From positions 6,236 to 70,235 of the forward strand of contig JBGSSJ010000013.1 of NCBI GenBank assembly GCA_041737125.1: a DNA stretch of 64,000 bases, read 5' to 3'. A model generated the notes under the pieces. That model had not been told where the DNA came from, did no database searches, and saw only the letters and a program-made list of their open reading frames with translations. Numbering within the stretch: the stretch's first letter is position 1; the number at the start of each line of letters is the position of its first letter. Source of the stretch: Minisyncoccia bacterium (GTDB lineage Bacteria > Patescibacteriota > Minisyncoccia > Phycocordibacterales > UBA9973). The position numbers and the translations under genes are program-made. Below, one piece after another: positions 1-10,289 of the stretch.

Positions 1-895
1 CTGGTGTGCCTACCGGTGCTCTAAAGTCCGTCCCATAGTGGAACCTGCCCCACCTAGGACCAAAAGGTGATGTCATAAAAGGAGTTTTTACTGGAAAAGA
101 AAGTACACCAGAGCCTGCTTTGGGTAAGCTATTTGGATCTAGTATAAATTGAAGTTTTGCTTCGTAATCGTCTAGCTCTTTCTCGAAAGTATCCTTAAGT
201 TTTTGGCGTTCAGCTAGAAGCTTCTTATACTCGGATTCTTTATTCTTGGTTTGTGATAGTAATGTATCCTTCTCTTTTTTAGTTACATCGATTACAACTT
301 TCTTACCAGTTAGTGTTTGCTTTAATTCTGATAAATTCTTATACTCAACTTCCTTCTTATCTTTTGTAATATCTAATTCAACTTTCTGTTTATTTATCTC
401 TCTTATATTCACACGCACTTGTTCATTCAAAGCAATGATATTATTATACTCCCTCGTCATTTCACTTATGTCTTCTTCTGCGAGTATGCGCTCTAGTGGT
501 GTGATATTGTCATAAGTATCTAAAGTGCGGAACATTTTTCCTAACAGTAAACGTGATTGTTGTATAGTTCTTTCTTTATCTGTTATATCTTCATCTATAT
601 TTTTAATAACCAGATTTGTTGCTGTAATCTTCTTCTGTGTTTGTTCTAATTCTTTGGTCAGTTTAGTACGAGTAAGATTAAGTTCAGCTACAATCTTTGC
701 CAGGCTGTTTGCTTCGCCACTTGTAGTAGTTATCTTGTCTTGATACTGTTTTATTTCACGATCGAGGGCCTCTATCTGTGAATTTATGTCATTTATCTGC
801 CTCTTCACACTCTCTGCAGTATCAGCAAATAAACTATGTGAAGTAAATCCACATAATATAATAAAAATTACAATAATTATTTTCTTCGAATGCAT
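1..895 (-). CDS. Coiled-coil M23 family peptidase (murein hydrolase/EnvC-like), runs off the window edge
   Basis: Not in ORF track; hand-translated from ATG at 895: MHSKKIIIVIFIILCGFTSHSLFA signal peptide, long coiled coil, then ...LSFPVKTPFMTSPFGPRWGRFHYGTDFRAPVGTP (M23 HxxxD motif). Confidence 0.88.
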   Translation of the reverse strand, partial: MHSKKIIIVIFIILCGFTSHSLFADTAESVKRQINDINSQIEALDREIKQYQDKITTTSGEANSLAKIVAELNLTRTKLTKELEQTQKKITATNLVIKNIDEDITDKERTIQQSRLLLGKMFRTLDTYDNITPLERILAEEDISEMTREYNNIIALNEQVRVNIREINKQKVELDITKDKKEVEYKNLSELKQTLTGKKVVIDVTKKEKDTLLSQTKNKESEYKKLLAERQKLKDTFEKELDDYEAKLQFILDPNSLPKAGSGVLSFPVKTPFMTSPFGPRWGRFHYGTDFRAPVGTP

Positions 896-913
896 TAGCT
901 CTAGTATACTACA

Positions 914-2395
914 TTATTTACCAAGTAACGAAATAGCATTACGAAGTCTATCTATACTTTCTTCCTTACCGAAAATTTCAAGCAAAGTAAATGGATCAGG
1001 TGATTTATCAAGCCCAGAGAGAGCGTATCTGATCGGCCAGAGTATGTCACCACGACCTACTTCCTCGGCATATGGCCAGAGCTTTTCTTTAATTTTATCT
1101 TTCATAAAGTCGCTATCTGTTATATCTGTAAGTAAAGATACTGCATGCACAAGGTAGTTTGCCAATAATTCATATTTGTTGTCCTCCGGAATTTTTGAAT
1201 TTTTGAAAAATAATGCATCCTTATCATAAACAGGCTTACCAAAGAAGTATGTAAGCTCACCATCTTCTGCCATCTTCACTATGTCGCTACCTTTCGCAAT
1301 TCTTTCCATTATTACAGGAGTAATATTATGAATTATTGTATTCGTATAGGTCGGCAATTTCTTCAAACTATCAGGTATAAATTTACTTATGTACTCCTCT
1401 TGTTCCTCATAAGAAAGCTTCTTTAAATGCTCACGATTTATCCAATCAAGCTTCTCTACATTAAATCCGCCGCCTGAGTGATGTATGCGTGATATATCGA
1501 AACTTTGGATAAATTCTTCTGATGTAAATATTTCTCGTTCGTCACCTGGATTCCATCCTATAAATACAAGAAAGTTAAGCATAGCTTCTGGGAGGTATCC
1601 TTCGGCTTTATAATCGAGTATGTCTTTTGCCCCATCACGCTTACCGAGCTTCTTCTTACCATCCGGAGCCATAATTGGTGGAAGTGTTACGAATACTGGA
1701 GGAGTGATTTCTAGAGCTTCGTATAAAGCAAGAAATTTCGGTGTAGAAGCGATGAATTCATCTGCTCGCATTATATGAGTCACCCCCATTTCTAAGTCAT
1801 CAATCATATGAGATAGATTATAGGTAGGATATCCATCGCTCTTTATAAGTATAAAGTCATCAAGTGCTTCAGTACCTGCAGAAAGTGATCCATAAACAAC
1901 ATCATTCCATTGATATGATTTAATATTAGTTACTTTAAATCGCAGTGGTTGTGTCCCATCCCACTTCGGAGGATTTTCTGGTCTATGATCTCTGAATAGG
2001 AACGGTCGCTTTTCCTCTTGTGCTTTTTGCCTAAATGCTTCGACTTCTTCTGTGGTATATGGATCAGCATAAGCCAAACCTTTATCTACTAAAATCTGAG
2101 CGTATTTTCTGTATGAAGCAAGCCTTTTAGACTGTAGATAAGGTCCATTTGGCCCGCCGATATCGACTCCTTCATTCCAAGTCACACCCACCCATTTTAA
2201 TGATTCAATGATATGGTCAATTGAGCCCTCTACTTCACGAGCTTTATCTGTATCTTCTATACGTAAAATAAAAGTACCATTATGTTTACGTGCATATGCC
2301 CAAGCATAAAGAGCAGTACGAACACCACCAATATGTAGGTACCCTGTGGGGCTCGGAGCGAAACGTGTTACAATTTTTTTATTTTCTGTATTCAT
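914..2395 (-). CDS. gltX: Glutamyl-tRNA synthetase
   Basis: TRFAPSPTGYLHIGG, LRIEDTD, KMSKS-equivalent KKLGKR. Confidence 0.97.
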   Translation of the reverse strand: MNTENKKIVTRFAPSPTGYLHIGGVRTALYAWAYARKHNGTFILRIEDTDKAREVEGSIDHIIESLKWVGVTWNEGVDIGGPNGPYLQSKRLASYRKYAQILVDKGLAYADPYTTEEVEAFRQKAQEEKRPFLFRDHRPENPPKWDGTQPLRFKVTNIKSYQWNDVVYGSLSAGTEALDDFILIKSDGYPTYNLSHMIDDLEMGVTHIMRADEFIASTPKFLALYEALEITPPVFVTLPPIMAPDGKKKLGKRDGAKDILDYKAEGYLPEAMLNFLVFIGWNPGDEREIFTSEEFIQSFDISRIHHSGGGFNVEKLDWINREHLKKLSYEEQEEYISKFIPDSLKKLPTYTNTIIHNITPVIMERIAKGSDIVKMAEDGELTYFFGKPVYDKDALFFKNSKIPEDNKYELLANYLVHAVSLLTDITDSDFMKDKIKEKLWPYAEEVGRGDILWPIRYALSGLDKSPDPFTLLEIFGKEESIDRLRNAISLLGK

Positions 2396-2400
2396 ATATA

Positions 2401-3528
2401 TTATGATTCATGAGAAAGTACTATATCCATAGCAGCCCTTGCAATCTTATAGCTTGCATCAGGTGAAGAGAAGGCGATAGCATTATTCTTCATCTTGGCT
2501 AATCGTTCTTTGTCATTAATTAATTTATCAATTTCTGCTATAAGTACATGATCTGTTAGATTATTCTCTTCTATTACTTCTGCGGCACCAGCGCGAGCGT
2601 AGGAGAAAGCATTCTTCATCTGATGATTACCATTGGAATTCGTAATAGGAATAATAATAGAAGGCACACCCCAGGATGCGATTTCAAATATCGATGATCC
2701 TGCACGACCAATAATAATAGTTGCTATACCCGAAGCCATACGGATGTTTATATTATTAAGGTACGGCATAGGTTTATATCTAGAAATATTTTTATTATTC
2801 TCGAGGATTAATTTTGATCGAGATACGACATCTTCATATTGTTTAGGGCCAGTCTGATGTATTATCTGATACTTTGAGAGTAGATTAGGAAGAGTGTTTA
2901 TAATTGCATCATTAATAATTTCTGCTCCTTGTGAGCCACAATAAATAAAAATTACCGGTAAACTCGGAATAAATTGAAATGCTTCATAAGCTCCGTTTGG
3001 ATCACCGTGCATTATCGCCTTCCTTATTGGCTGACCTGTCACTGCGACTTTATCTTGTGGTAATAATTCCCCTGCTTCTGGCCAAGACACTGCAACTTTT
3101 TTTGCGAACTTAGCTGTCCATGCATTCAGTCTACCTGGGAATGAATCTGACTCATGAACAATCACAGGTATGCGTAGCAACTTTGCCGCAAATACTGCTG
3201 GGAATGCGGCATATCCACCCTTTGATACAACAACATCAGGATAAATGAAGAACATGGTTAGTAATCCAAAGAATGCTCCAGTAGCTGTTTTAAATAAATC
3301 AAAAAAGTTTCTTATAGAGAAGTATAGGCGCATTTTCCCTGTCGGTATCTGTACAAAGTTTATCCTATTCTCAAAAAGCATCCTTTTATCATAGGGATCA
3401 TCTGACATATAGTAAAGTTTAAAATCAACGATCTTCTCTTTGTGAGCGATTTCATTCAACTCCTCTGCTATAGCAATTATGGGGTAGAAATGTCCACCTG
3501 TTCCTCCTCCTGTAAGTAATACTTTCAT
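2401..3528 (-). CDS. murG: MurG glycosyltransferase
   Basis: TGGGTGGH, KGGY, HESD, GSQGA, RAG, HQxxNA motifs. Confidence 0.95.
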   Translation of the reverse strand: MKVLLTGGGTGGHFYPIIAIAEELNEIAHKEKIVDFKLYYMSDDPYDKRMLFENRINFVQIPTGKMRLYFSIRNFFDLFKTATGAFFGLLTMFFIYPDVVVSKGGYAAFPAVFAAKLLRIPVIVHESDSFPGRLNAWTAKFAKKVAVSWPEAGELLPQDKVAVTGQPIRKAIMHGDPNGAYEAFQFIPSLPVIFIYCGSQGAEIINDAIINTLPNLLSKYQIIHQTGPKQYEDVVSRSKLILENNKNISRYKPMPYLNNINIRMASGIATIIIGRAGSSIFEIASWGVPSIIIPITNSNGNHQMKNAFSYARAGAAEVIEENNLTDHVLIAEIDKLINDKERLAKMKNNAIAFSSPDASYKIARAAMDIVLSHES

Positions 3529-3566
3529 ATTTTATATTGTAGCTTATTTTTTATTACTTTTCTAGT

Positions 3567-4682
3567 TTACTTTTTGGAATCCTCTATCTTCTTCGTAGAA
3601 CTAGAGATATTAAGAATAATACCAATAATCCCAAGTGACAATAGTAATGCTGTTCCTCCATGGCTTATAAAGACAAGCGGTACACCCGTCAACGGAAAAA
3701 CTCCTATGATGGATGCGATATTCATAAAGGATTGCAAAGTTACCATAGTGATAAACCCGATAACAAGTAATTTAGAGAACGAATCTGGTGCAAAATATGC
3801 AATCTTGTAGCCTCTAAGTGCAAAAGCAACATAGAATAATATAATAATCATAGCTCCGACAAACCCAAGCTCCTCGCCTATAACTGCGAATATTGAGTCA
3901 CCTTGTGGTTCGGGCAAATAATTAAATTTCTGAATACTTTGCCCCAAGCCTCGGCCGAATACTCCACCAGAACCTATAGCAATTAATGATTGCTGAAGTT
4001 GGTATGAAGTAGTACTCCCATTTTGGCTAGGATTTATGAAAGTATTTATTCTATCCATCAGGTATGGCTTAAACGAAACTAATATAGCGAAACCTATGAC
4101 ACCAACTACAAGTATGCCGAATATATATCTATATGGAAGTCCTGAAACGAAAAGCATAGTCACCCCGGTGAGCAATATAAGTATAATACTCTTTGTATCA
4201 GGTTGATTTACTAATACTACAGTAATGATGCCGAGGAGTATCAATAGCGGTATAATACTAAATCTAATATCCGCAATTCTGTTCTTTGCCCACGATAACC
4301 ACGCAGCAAAATATATAATGAATCCAATTTTCAGGAATTCAACAGGCTGGAATGATACACCAAGTACGTTAATCCATCTACGAGCACCTCCGTGCATAGA
4401 ACCAAGTCCAGGCACAAATACTAGGCAAGTAAGTATTATAGAAATTATAAAAAGAGGCAAAGAATAATCTCTCCAGAATTTATATGGAATCTTCATACCG
4501 AAATATAATGCCACGAGCCCTCCTCCCAAGCCTAGGATGAATTGAGCAAATATTACGCTGTAGAACTTGGCTTCATTCTTGGCCAAGATACCGAGAGATG
4601 CCGACGTAAACATAACCGCACCTGTAACTACAAGTGCGATAACAATACCAAAAAATACTTTATCTATGCTTTTCTTTTTCAT
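3567..4682 (-). CDS. ftsW: SEDS peptidoglycan polymerase FtsW
   Basis: Multi-TM; GARRWI, FQPVEFLK, QPD, YLPEPQGDSIF, TGVPLVFISHGG; between mraY and murG. Confidence 0.93.
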   Translation of the reverse strand: MKKKSIDKVFFGIVIALVVTGAVMFTSASLGILAKNEAKFYSVIFAQFILGLGGGLVALYFGMKIPYKFWRDYSLPLFIISIILTCLVFVPGLGSMHGGARRWINVLGVSFQPVEFLKIGFIIYFAAWLSWAKNRIADIRFSIIPLLILLGIITVVLVNQPDTKSIILILLTGVTMLFVSGLPYRYIFGILVVGVIGFAILVSFKPYLMDRINTFINPSQNGSTTSYQLQQSLIAIGSGGVFGRGLGQSIQKFNYLPEPQGDSIFAVIGEELGFVGAMIIILFYVAFALRGYKIAYFAPDSFSKLLVIGFITMVTLQSFMNIASIIGVFPLTGVPLVFISHGGTALLLSLGIIGIILNISSSTKKIEDSKK

Positions 4683-5731
4683 TAACTAATTATAGATAAG
4701 ATAACTCCCATCATTGAAGTAATAACTCCGACAATCCAGTATCGCATAGTCACTTTATATTTCGGCCAACCTAGTGCTTCAAAGTGGTGGTGAAGCGGAG
4801 CAAAAAGGAAAACTTTCTTCCCATTACGGAATCTTCTTGATGCCATTTGTATAATATCTGAAACTGCAGTTATAAATAGTGGGAATGCGATTATAGGTAG
4901 GAGTAGAACTGTATCAGTAAGGAATGCAATTACTGCAAGTGTCACAGTGAGTCCGATCATACCAGTCTCACCCATGTAGAAGCGTGCAGGTGGAATATTA
5001 AACCAAAGGAATGCGAGTATACCTCCAGTGATAACAGCACAAAATGCGGCGATATTTATCTGATTGCCGAATAATGCAATAAGAGTATAGCTCCCGAATA
5101 TAGGTGCCAATACTCCACCCGCTAATCCATCTAGGCCGTCGATGACACTAGTAGACCATACACCGAACATGATTAGAATAAAAAAAGGAATAAATAAAAG
5201 TCCCAAGTGCACAAATCCAAGCCAAGGTATATATATCTCAGCTATGCCTAGTTTAAAGTAGAACCATAAAGCAATAACGAGCCCGAGTAGTAAAATAATT
5301 CCTACTTTAATATAGCGAAGTAGTATCGGATCTGATGTCCACTTACCTGTACCGAATATCTGCAAGAAATCATCCCATAGTCCCACAAGTGAAGCGAGTA
5401 TTAAAGTAAACAAAGGTAGAACTGTCTGACTGCGACTAATGAAGTAAAGTTTATTTGTTAAGCTATTATTAAATAGAAAATCAATAACACCTAGTAAGAA
5501 AATAGTTATAATAACCGAAATCCATATAATCATCCCACCTGTGCGTGGAGTGGAAGTCTCGGCAACGCCATCATTTATCTCACCGAATTTACCGACGGCT
5601 ACATTGCTGACTCGAGAAACTTTGCGCCACATTTTATATTTATAGAAATAGTGTGTAGCAATAGGTGTCAGGACAATACCCACAATGAAGCTAATAGTTG
5701 CCGGAAGTAATATTTTTACAGCATTAATCAT
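4682..5731 (-). CDS. mraY: Phospho-MurNAc-pentapeptide translocase
   Basis: TPRTGG, GLWDD, DGLDGLA, FNIPPARFYMGETG, APLHHHFE. Confidence 0.95.
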   Translation of the reverse strand: MINAVKILLPATISFIVGIVLTPIATHYFYKYKMWRKVSRVSNVAVGKFGEINDGVAETSTPRTGGMIIWISVIITIFLLGVIDFLFNNSLTNKLYFISRSQTVLPLFTLILASLVGLWDDFLQIFGTGKWTSDPILLRYIKVGIILLLGLVIALWFYFKLGIAEIYIPWLGFVHLGLLFIPFFILIMFGVWSTSVIDGLDGLAGGVLAPIFGSYTLIALFGNQINIAAFCAVITGGILAFLWFNIPPARFYMGETGMIGLTVTLAVIAFLTDTVLLLPIIAFPLFITAVSDIIQMASRRFRNGKKVFLFAPLHHHFEALGWPKYKVTMRYWIVGVITSMMGVILSIIS

Positions 5732-6269
5732 GGTTTTCTTCGTTTTGATTTATAACTTTTTCTAATTCTGTTATGGTCACTTCATAATTCGGAAGTTCAG
5801 AGATGTGTGCTACACCCATAAATGACAAAGTCTCAAAAGTAGGTCTGTATAGTATTTTCCTACTATCTTTTGTATCTGTTACTTTCTCTACAAGTCCGCG
5901 GACAAGTAAGTTCCTGAGTATAAAACTAGAGTTTACTCCACGGATATAATCTATCTCACTTCGGGATACTCCATTCTTGTATAAAACAATAGACAAAGTT
6001 TCAAGTGAAGCTTTCGATAGCTCACGAGTGACTTCATCTTTCCTTATGGACTCTATAATAGGACTAAGCTCTCTTGATATACCGAGCACTACGGAATCAT
6101 CCTTCTCTACGAGGACGAGTCCTCTGCCGGCGAGAGACAATTTAAGCTTATCTATACCCTCTTTGATTTCCACTTCGCTTACTTTCAAAAGTTCTGCAAG
6201 TTTCCCCACAGTTACATCCTCACCTTTATAAAAAAGTAGTCCTTCAATTTTGGATTCTAGTGGCATCAT
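5724..6269 (-). CDS. scpB: Segregation and condensation protein B
   Basis: LSKASLETLSIVLY...SRSEIDYIRGVNS; adjacent to scpA. Confidence 0.93.
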   Translation of the reverse strand: MMPLESKIEGLLFYKGEDVTVGKLAELLKVSEVEIKEGIDKLKLSLAGRGLVLVEKDDSVVLGISRELSPIIESIRKDEVTRELSKASLETLSIVLYKNGVSRSEIDYIRGVNSSFILRNLLVRGLVEKVTDTKDSRKILYRPTFETLSFMGVAHISELPNYEVTITELEKVINQNEENHD

Positions 6270-6272
6270 AAT

Positions 6273-7052
6273 TTATATTGCTAAATCTTGGTTAGTAGTA
6301 TCCGGCTTAGTAATTTTAATATCCTCAAATCGTGCTTCTTGCATCACATCTATAATACCCTCACGTACCAATTCTAGCATAGCTAAAAATGAAACGATAA
6401 TATGCACTCGTGCTTCGGTGACATTCGTCGCATTATGACTCTTTGCAAAATCACGGAATGATATATTGATTGCACTCTGTATTCTATCAGTTAAGCTATT
6501 TATAACTTCATCTATGCTTATTATTTTCTTCACTTCTATCTCTGTTAGCTTCTCTTCTTTCTTTGGTAAATTTGAAAGCACACTTGCAATAGACAGACCC
6601 ATTGATTCACTAGTAATAAGTGGATCTGGCGAAAATATGGGCTCACTCCATACACGCTCAAGTGGAGAAAAGATAATTTGTGCACCGAAATTAGTTTTAA
6701 TATCTACACTCGCATTCTTTATAATCTGGTAAAGCTTGAGCCTCTTCTCGAGGTCTGTAATCTTCTCCGTCTCATCTTCAGTCAAAGTTAGATTCGGTAA
6801 GAGAGATTTAGATTTGATAAGTATCAAAGTTGCAGCAACAAGTATGAAATAAGATACATCGGCAATACGCTTCTCTGTCGGAATATCTGAAAGAGATTTA
6901 ATATAGGCTATATAGTCATCGGTCACTTGAGCAAGCGATATCTCATTCACAAAAAGCTTCCTACTCTCTATGAGTGAAAGTAAAAGCTCGAGTGGACCTT
7001 CGAAGCTCCCGGTGCGAACCTTATATACAGATGTAGTATTTTCATCTTGCAT
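6273..7052 (-). CDS. scpA: Segregation and condensation protein A (kleisin)
   Basis: FEGPLELLLSLI, LILIKSKSLLP, FLAMLELVREG. Confidence 0.94.
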   Translation of the reverse strand: MQDENTTSVYKVRTGSFEGPLELLLSLIESRKLFVNEISLAQVTDDYIAYIKSLSDIPTEKRIADVSYFILVAATLILIKSKSLLPNLTLTEDETEKITDLEKRLKLYQIIKNASVDIKTNFGAQIIFSPLERVWSEPIFSPDPLITSESMGLSIASVLSNLPKKEEKLTEIEVKKIISIDEVINSLTDRIQSAINISFRDFAKSHNATNVTEARVHIIVSFLAMLELVREGIIDVMQEARFEDIKITKPDTTNQDLAI

Positions 7053-7053
7053 A

Positions 7054-7506
7054 TTATTCTTTAATTTTATCTGCTATTTTTTTAAGCCCTTCATCATCTG
7101 CTCGCTCATAATCATGACTAGATATATATCCTTCATATTCATTAAAGAATTTAATTGGTTTACCAATTCTCTGTCTCCATTCTTCACCTTTTGTCCCATG
7201 CATTGGGAAAAGCTTCGCATGAATATGATTTACTCCGAAACCTTCAAAAATCATTCCTGTACGCCCCACATCGTCCAACTTATCATCTAATAATTTACCC
7301 ACTTTTTTTGTGGCTAAAACCAATTCACTTAATACATTGTCTGGTAAATCAAATGCGTAGCTATCGTAATGTTCTTTTGTAACAACGACAGAAAAACCTT
7401 CAGTATTAGGGAAAATAGAGAGGAATGCTAAATGCTTCTCATCTTCCCAAATTTTGTAACTTGGCGCCTCACCTTTTACGATTTTACAAAAAATACAGTC
7501 ATCCAT
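7054..7506 (-). CDS. HIT family nucleotide hydrolase (variant motif)
   Basis: N-terminal DCIFCKIV; histidine triad reads HIHAK rather than HxHxH. Confidence 0.85.
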   Translation of the reverse strand: MDDCIFCKIVKGEAPSYKIWEDEKHLAFLSIFPNTEGFSVVVTKEHYDSYAFDLPDNVLSELVLATKKVGKLLDDKLDDVGRTGMIFEGFGVNHIHAKLFPMHGTKGEEWRQRIGKPIKFFNEYEGYISSHDYERADDEGLKKIADKIKE

Positions 7507-7509
7507 AAA

Positions 7510-8859
7510 TTAATATCCTTCGTCTGTTAATCTTTCATCAATTCTATTCATGTCTCTTGGGAACATACATGCTTCGCGGATGTTCTTTAGTCCCAATATT
7601 TGCATTGTTATGCGTTCAGCACCGAAAGCAAATCCACCTTCAGGAGGAACTCCATACTTGAAAGCTTCCAAGAACATTTTAATTTTATTTGGATCCATAT
7701 TCCATATCTTTACATGCTCCATAAGCTGATCATATTCATTAATTCTGCGTCCACCAGAGAGCCACTCTACTCCGCGGCATATGAGGTCCATGCCTTCATT
7801 AACATCTGGATTTTCTTTATTTGGATATATATAGAAAGGTTTCTGACGAGTAGGATAGCCATAGATGAATACGAAATCAGAACCAGTTTCTTCTTTAATG
7901 ATTTCACATATTTCTCTCTCATCTTGGGGATTAGTATCTTTGTCTCCTCGTACATCACGACCAGTTTTCTCGAAAATTTTCTGTTGGACTTCCGCAAGCG
8001 TGAGTGTGGGAGTCTTCTCTATCATCACAGGGAGAGTTGCCCCGAGCAATTTTAGGTGCTCAGCATTCTTTGTTTCAATTTGTTTTAGAATATACTTCAC
8101 TGTATTCTCTGCCATATCTCGGACATCTGTCCATGAATCTATGAATGCCATCTCAGCGTCGAGTGACACTATCTCTGTCAGGTGCCTTGTAGTAGATGAA
8201 GGTTCAGCACGGAAAACTTTATTCACAGAGAAGCATCTCTCAAATGCAGACATTACAATTTGTTTGTATAGTTGTGGAGATTGAGTAAGGAATGCTTTCT
8301 TGTCGAAATAATTTACTTGGAAAACTTCAGCTCCTCCTTCAGCTGTAGCTGGAGTAATAGAAGGTGCTTGGAATTCATAGAAGTTATTCTGCTTCATGAA
8401 CTCACGGAATGAGTCAATGACTGTCTCTTGAACTTTGAATACTGCTTGAACTTTCGGCTGTCTTAAGACAAGTGCTCTATTATCAAGTTCTGTTGTAAGC
8501 TCTAGGTTGTATCCATCAAGTGACATGTCGAAAGGAAGTGGTGCTGCTTGTGCTAGTATTTCTATATTTGTTATCTCAAGCTCTATGTCACCGTTTAGTA
8601 CTCCTTCTTTTATATTCTTCTCTGGTCTTTTATTGACCATACCTGTCACTTTCAGTACCCACTCTGTGCGGACTTCTTTCACTTGCTCCATTGCTTCCGT
8701 ATGACTAGGAAGTACTACGCCTTGAACCTTGCCTGTCATATCACGCATATCCATGAATACAAGCTTACCTTGATCACGACGCACATCTACCCAGCCAGCA
8801 ATAACAACTTCTTGCCCAACATAACTACTCAATTCTTTTATATAAATACGTTTTGTCAT
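7510..8859 (-). CDS. aspS: Aspartyl-tRNA synthetase, short archaeal/eukaryal type (probably non-discriminating)
   Basis: OB-fold start (GWVDVRRDQGKL), QSPQLYKQ, FRAE, SGGRRI, GVPPEGGFAFGAER; no GAD insertion; start moved to MTKRIY. Confidence 0.9.
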   Translation of the reverse strand: MTKRIYIKELSSYVGQEVVIAGWVDVRRDQGKLVFMDMRDMTGKVQGVVLPSHTEAMEQVKEVRTEWVLKVTGMVNKRPEKNIKEGVLNGDIELEITNIEILAQAAPLPFDMSLDGYNLELTTELDNRALVLRQPKVQAVFKVQETVIDSFREFMKQNNFYEFQAPSITPATAEGGAEVFQVNYFDKKAFLTQSPQLYKQIVMSAFERCFSVNKVFRAEPSSTTRHLTEIVSLDAEMAFIDSWTDVRDMAENTVKYILKQIETKNAEHLKLLGATLPVMIEKTPTLTLAEVQQKIFEKTGRDVRGDKDTNPQDEREICEIIKEETGSDFVFIYGYPTRQKPFYIYPNKENPDVNEGMDLICRGVEWLSGGRRINEYDQLMEHVKIWNMDPNKIKMFLEAFKYGVPPEGGFAFGAERITMQILGLKNIREACMFPRDMNRIDERLTDEGY

Positions 8860-8896
8860 ATTAAAATACTGTATCACAAAAGTGACAATTTAATTA

Positions 8897-9169
8897 TTAA
8901 TGTATATCCATTGCTATTAAGAACTCATAAGGAACAGACACAATGAAAGTAATAAACACAAGTATCCAGTAGAATGGAGTAAAAAGATAGAATACTACCT
9001 TATCCTCTTTCTTTATCCTAAAATACCATTTCTGCACAGCTGTATTGAAATTATTAAGTGGCATATAAATAACCCCTACAACAAGCGTAAGAATAATGCG
9101 AACAATCTTCACTGTCTTAATTACAATATAGATTCCTATTATTATAAGTATTGTTGTAATTATATTCAT
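8897..9169 (-). CDS. Small membrane protein, unknown function
   Basis: 90 aa, 2-3 hydrophobic segments, packed between trpS and aspS. Confidence 0.65.
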   Translation of the reverse strand: MNIITTILIIIGIYIVIKTVKIVRIILTLVVGVIYMPLNNFNTAVQKWYFRIKKEDKVVFYLFTPFYWILVFITFIVSVPYEFLIAMDIH

Positions 9170-9172
9170 AAA

Positions 9173-10144
9173 TTAAAAGTCTACACCCACACGCATGCGT
9201 ACAAATTTCATTTTAGCTTCTGCTATTTCTTTTGCTTTCAAACCACCATTTTTCAATATTTCTTTTACTTTATACAAATCTTGTTCGAGTTCTCGTCTCT
9301 TTTCTCGCATAGGACTTATAAAATTTATTATTTCTTCATATAGCATATCTTTCGATTCTTTATATCCTAGTCCACCTTTTTTATATCTATTACTGAGTTC
9401 CTCAAGTGGTGCACCTTGCAGGAATAATTTATGAAGAGCGAATATGTTACAGGCATTGGGATCTTTCGGCTCGTCTGGGGCTTTCGAATCGGTGACTATA
9501 CTCATGATTGCTTTCCTAATCTCTTCATCTGTGCCAAATAGTGGAATCGTATTACCGTAACTTTTACTCATCTTGCGTCCATCAGTGCCTGGAACAACAG
9601 CGACATTATCTAAAATCATTGGTTCAGGTAATTTGAAAGTCTCACCAAATGTGTTGTTGAACTTCTGAGCTGTGTCGCGAGCGTATTCTACGTGCTGTTT
9701 CTGATCCGCTCCTACTGGTACTACATCTGCATCTTGTATTAAAATATCCGCAGACATAAGCATTGGATAATCAAATAATCCCACTGTCACTTCTTTAGCT
9801 TTCTGATTCGCATCTTTATATGCTGTCGCTCTTTCAAGATATGCCATGGTAGTAATACAATTAAAATACCAAGCAAGCTCTGTAACTTCTGGAGCATCAG
9901 ACTGTTTGAATATAATAACTTTTTCTGGATCAAGACCTACTGCAAGATAATCCATGGCTATATTCAATATACCTGAGGACAATTTCGCTTTGTCTTGAAC
10001 AGTGGTCATTGCGTGTAAATCCACTATTATGACACGAGTTTCGTATTCATCCTGCATTTCAACAAACTGCTTAAGAGCACCGAAATAGTTCCCAATATGC
10101 ATAGTGCCTGAAGGTTGGATACCTGAAAGTAATATCTTTTTCAT
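9173..10144 (-). CDS. trpS: Tryptophanyl-tRNA synthetase
   Basis: SGIQPSGTMHIGNY, VPVGADQKQH, KMSKS; start moved to MKKILL. Confidence 0.97.
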   Translation of the reverse strand: MKKILLSGIQPSGTMHIGNYFGALKQFVEMQDEYETRVIIVDLHAMTTVQDKAKLSSGILNIAMDYLAVGLDPEKVIIFKQSDAPEVTELAWYFNCITTMAYLERATAYKDANQKAKEVTVGLFDYPMLMSADILIQDADVVPVGADQKQHVEYARDTAQKFNNTFGETFKLPEPMILDNVAVVPGTDGRKMSKSYGNTIPLFGTDEEIRKAIMSIVTDSKAPDEPKDPNACNIFALHKLFLQGAPLEELSNRYKKGGLGYKESKDMLYEEIINFISPMREKRRELEQDLYKVKEILKNGGLKAKEIAEAKMKFVRMRVGVDF

Positions 10145-10180
10145 ATAAGCCCATAATACCAAAAAACGACGAGTTTTGCA

Positions 10181-10212
10181 CCCGCCTATGCCAAAGCTCC
10201 GGACGGGCAGGC
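10181..10212. repeat. Short GC-rich REP-like imperfect palindrome
   Basis: CCCGCCTATGCCAAAGCTCCGGACGGGCAGGC in an AT-rich divergent intergenic region. Confidence 0.45.
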
Positions 10213-10273
10213 ATTTATCCAGATTTTCTCCACATAGTTATGCAAAATGTACAGTTTTTTAAAATTGACACTG

Positions 10274-10282
10274 TGATACAAT
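10274..10282 (+). promoter_or_regulatory. Extended -10 promoter of dnaB (probably leaderless)
   Basis: TGaTACAAT ending 7 nt before ATG at 10290. Confidence 0.55.
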
Positions 10283-10289
10283 ACTTCCT

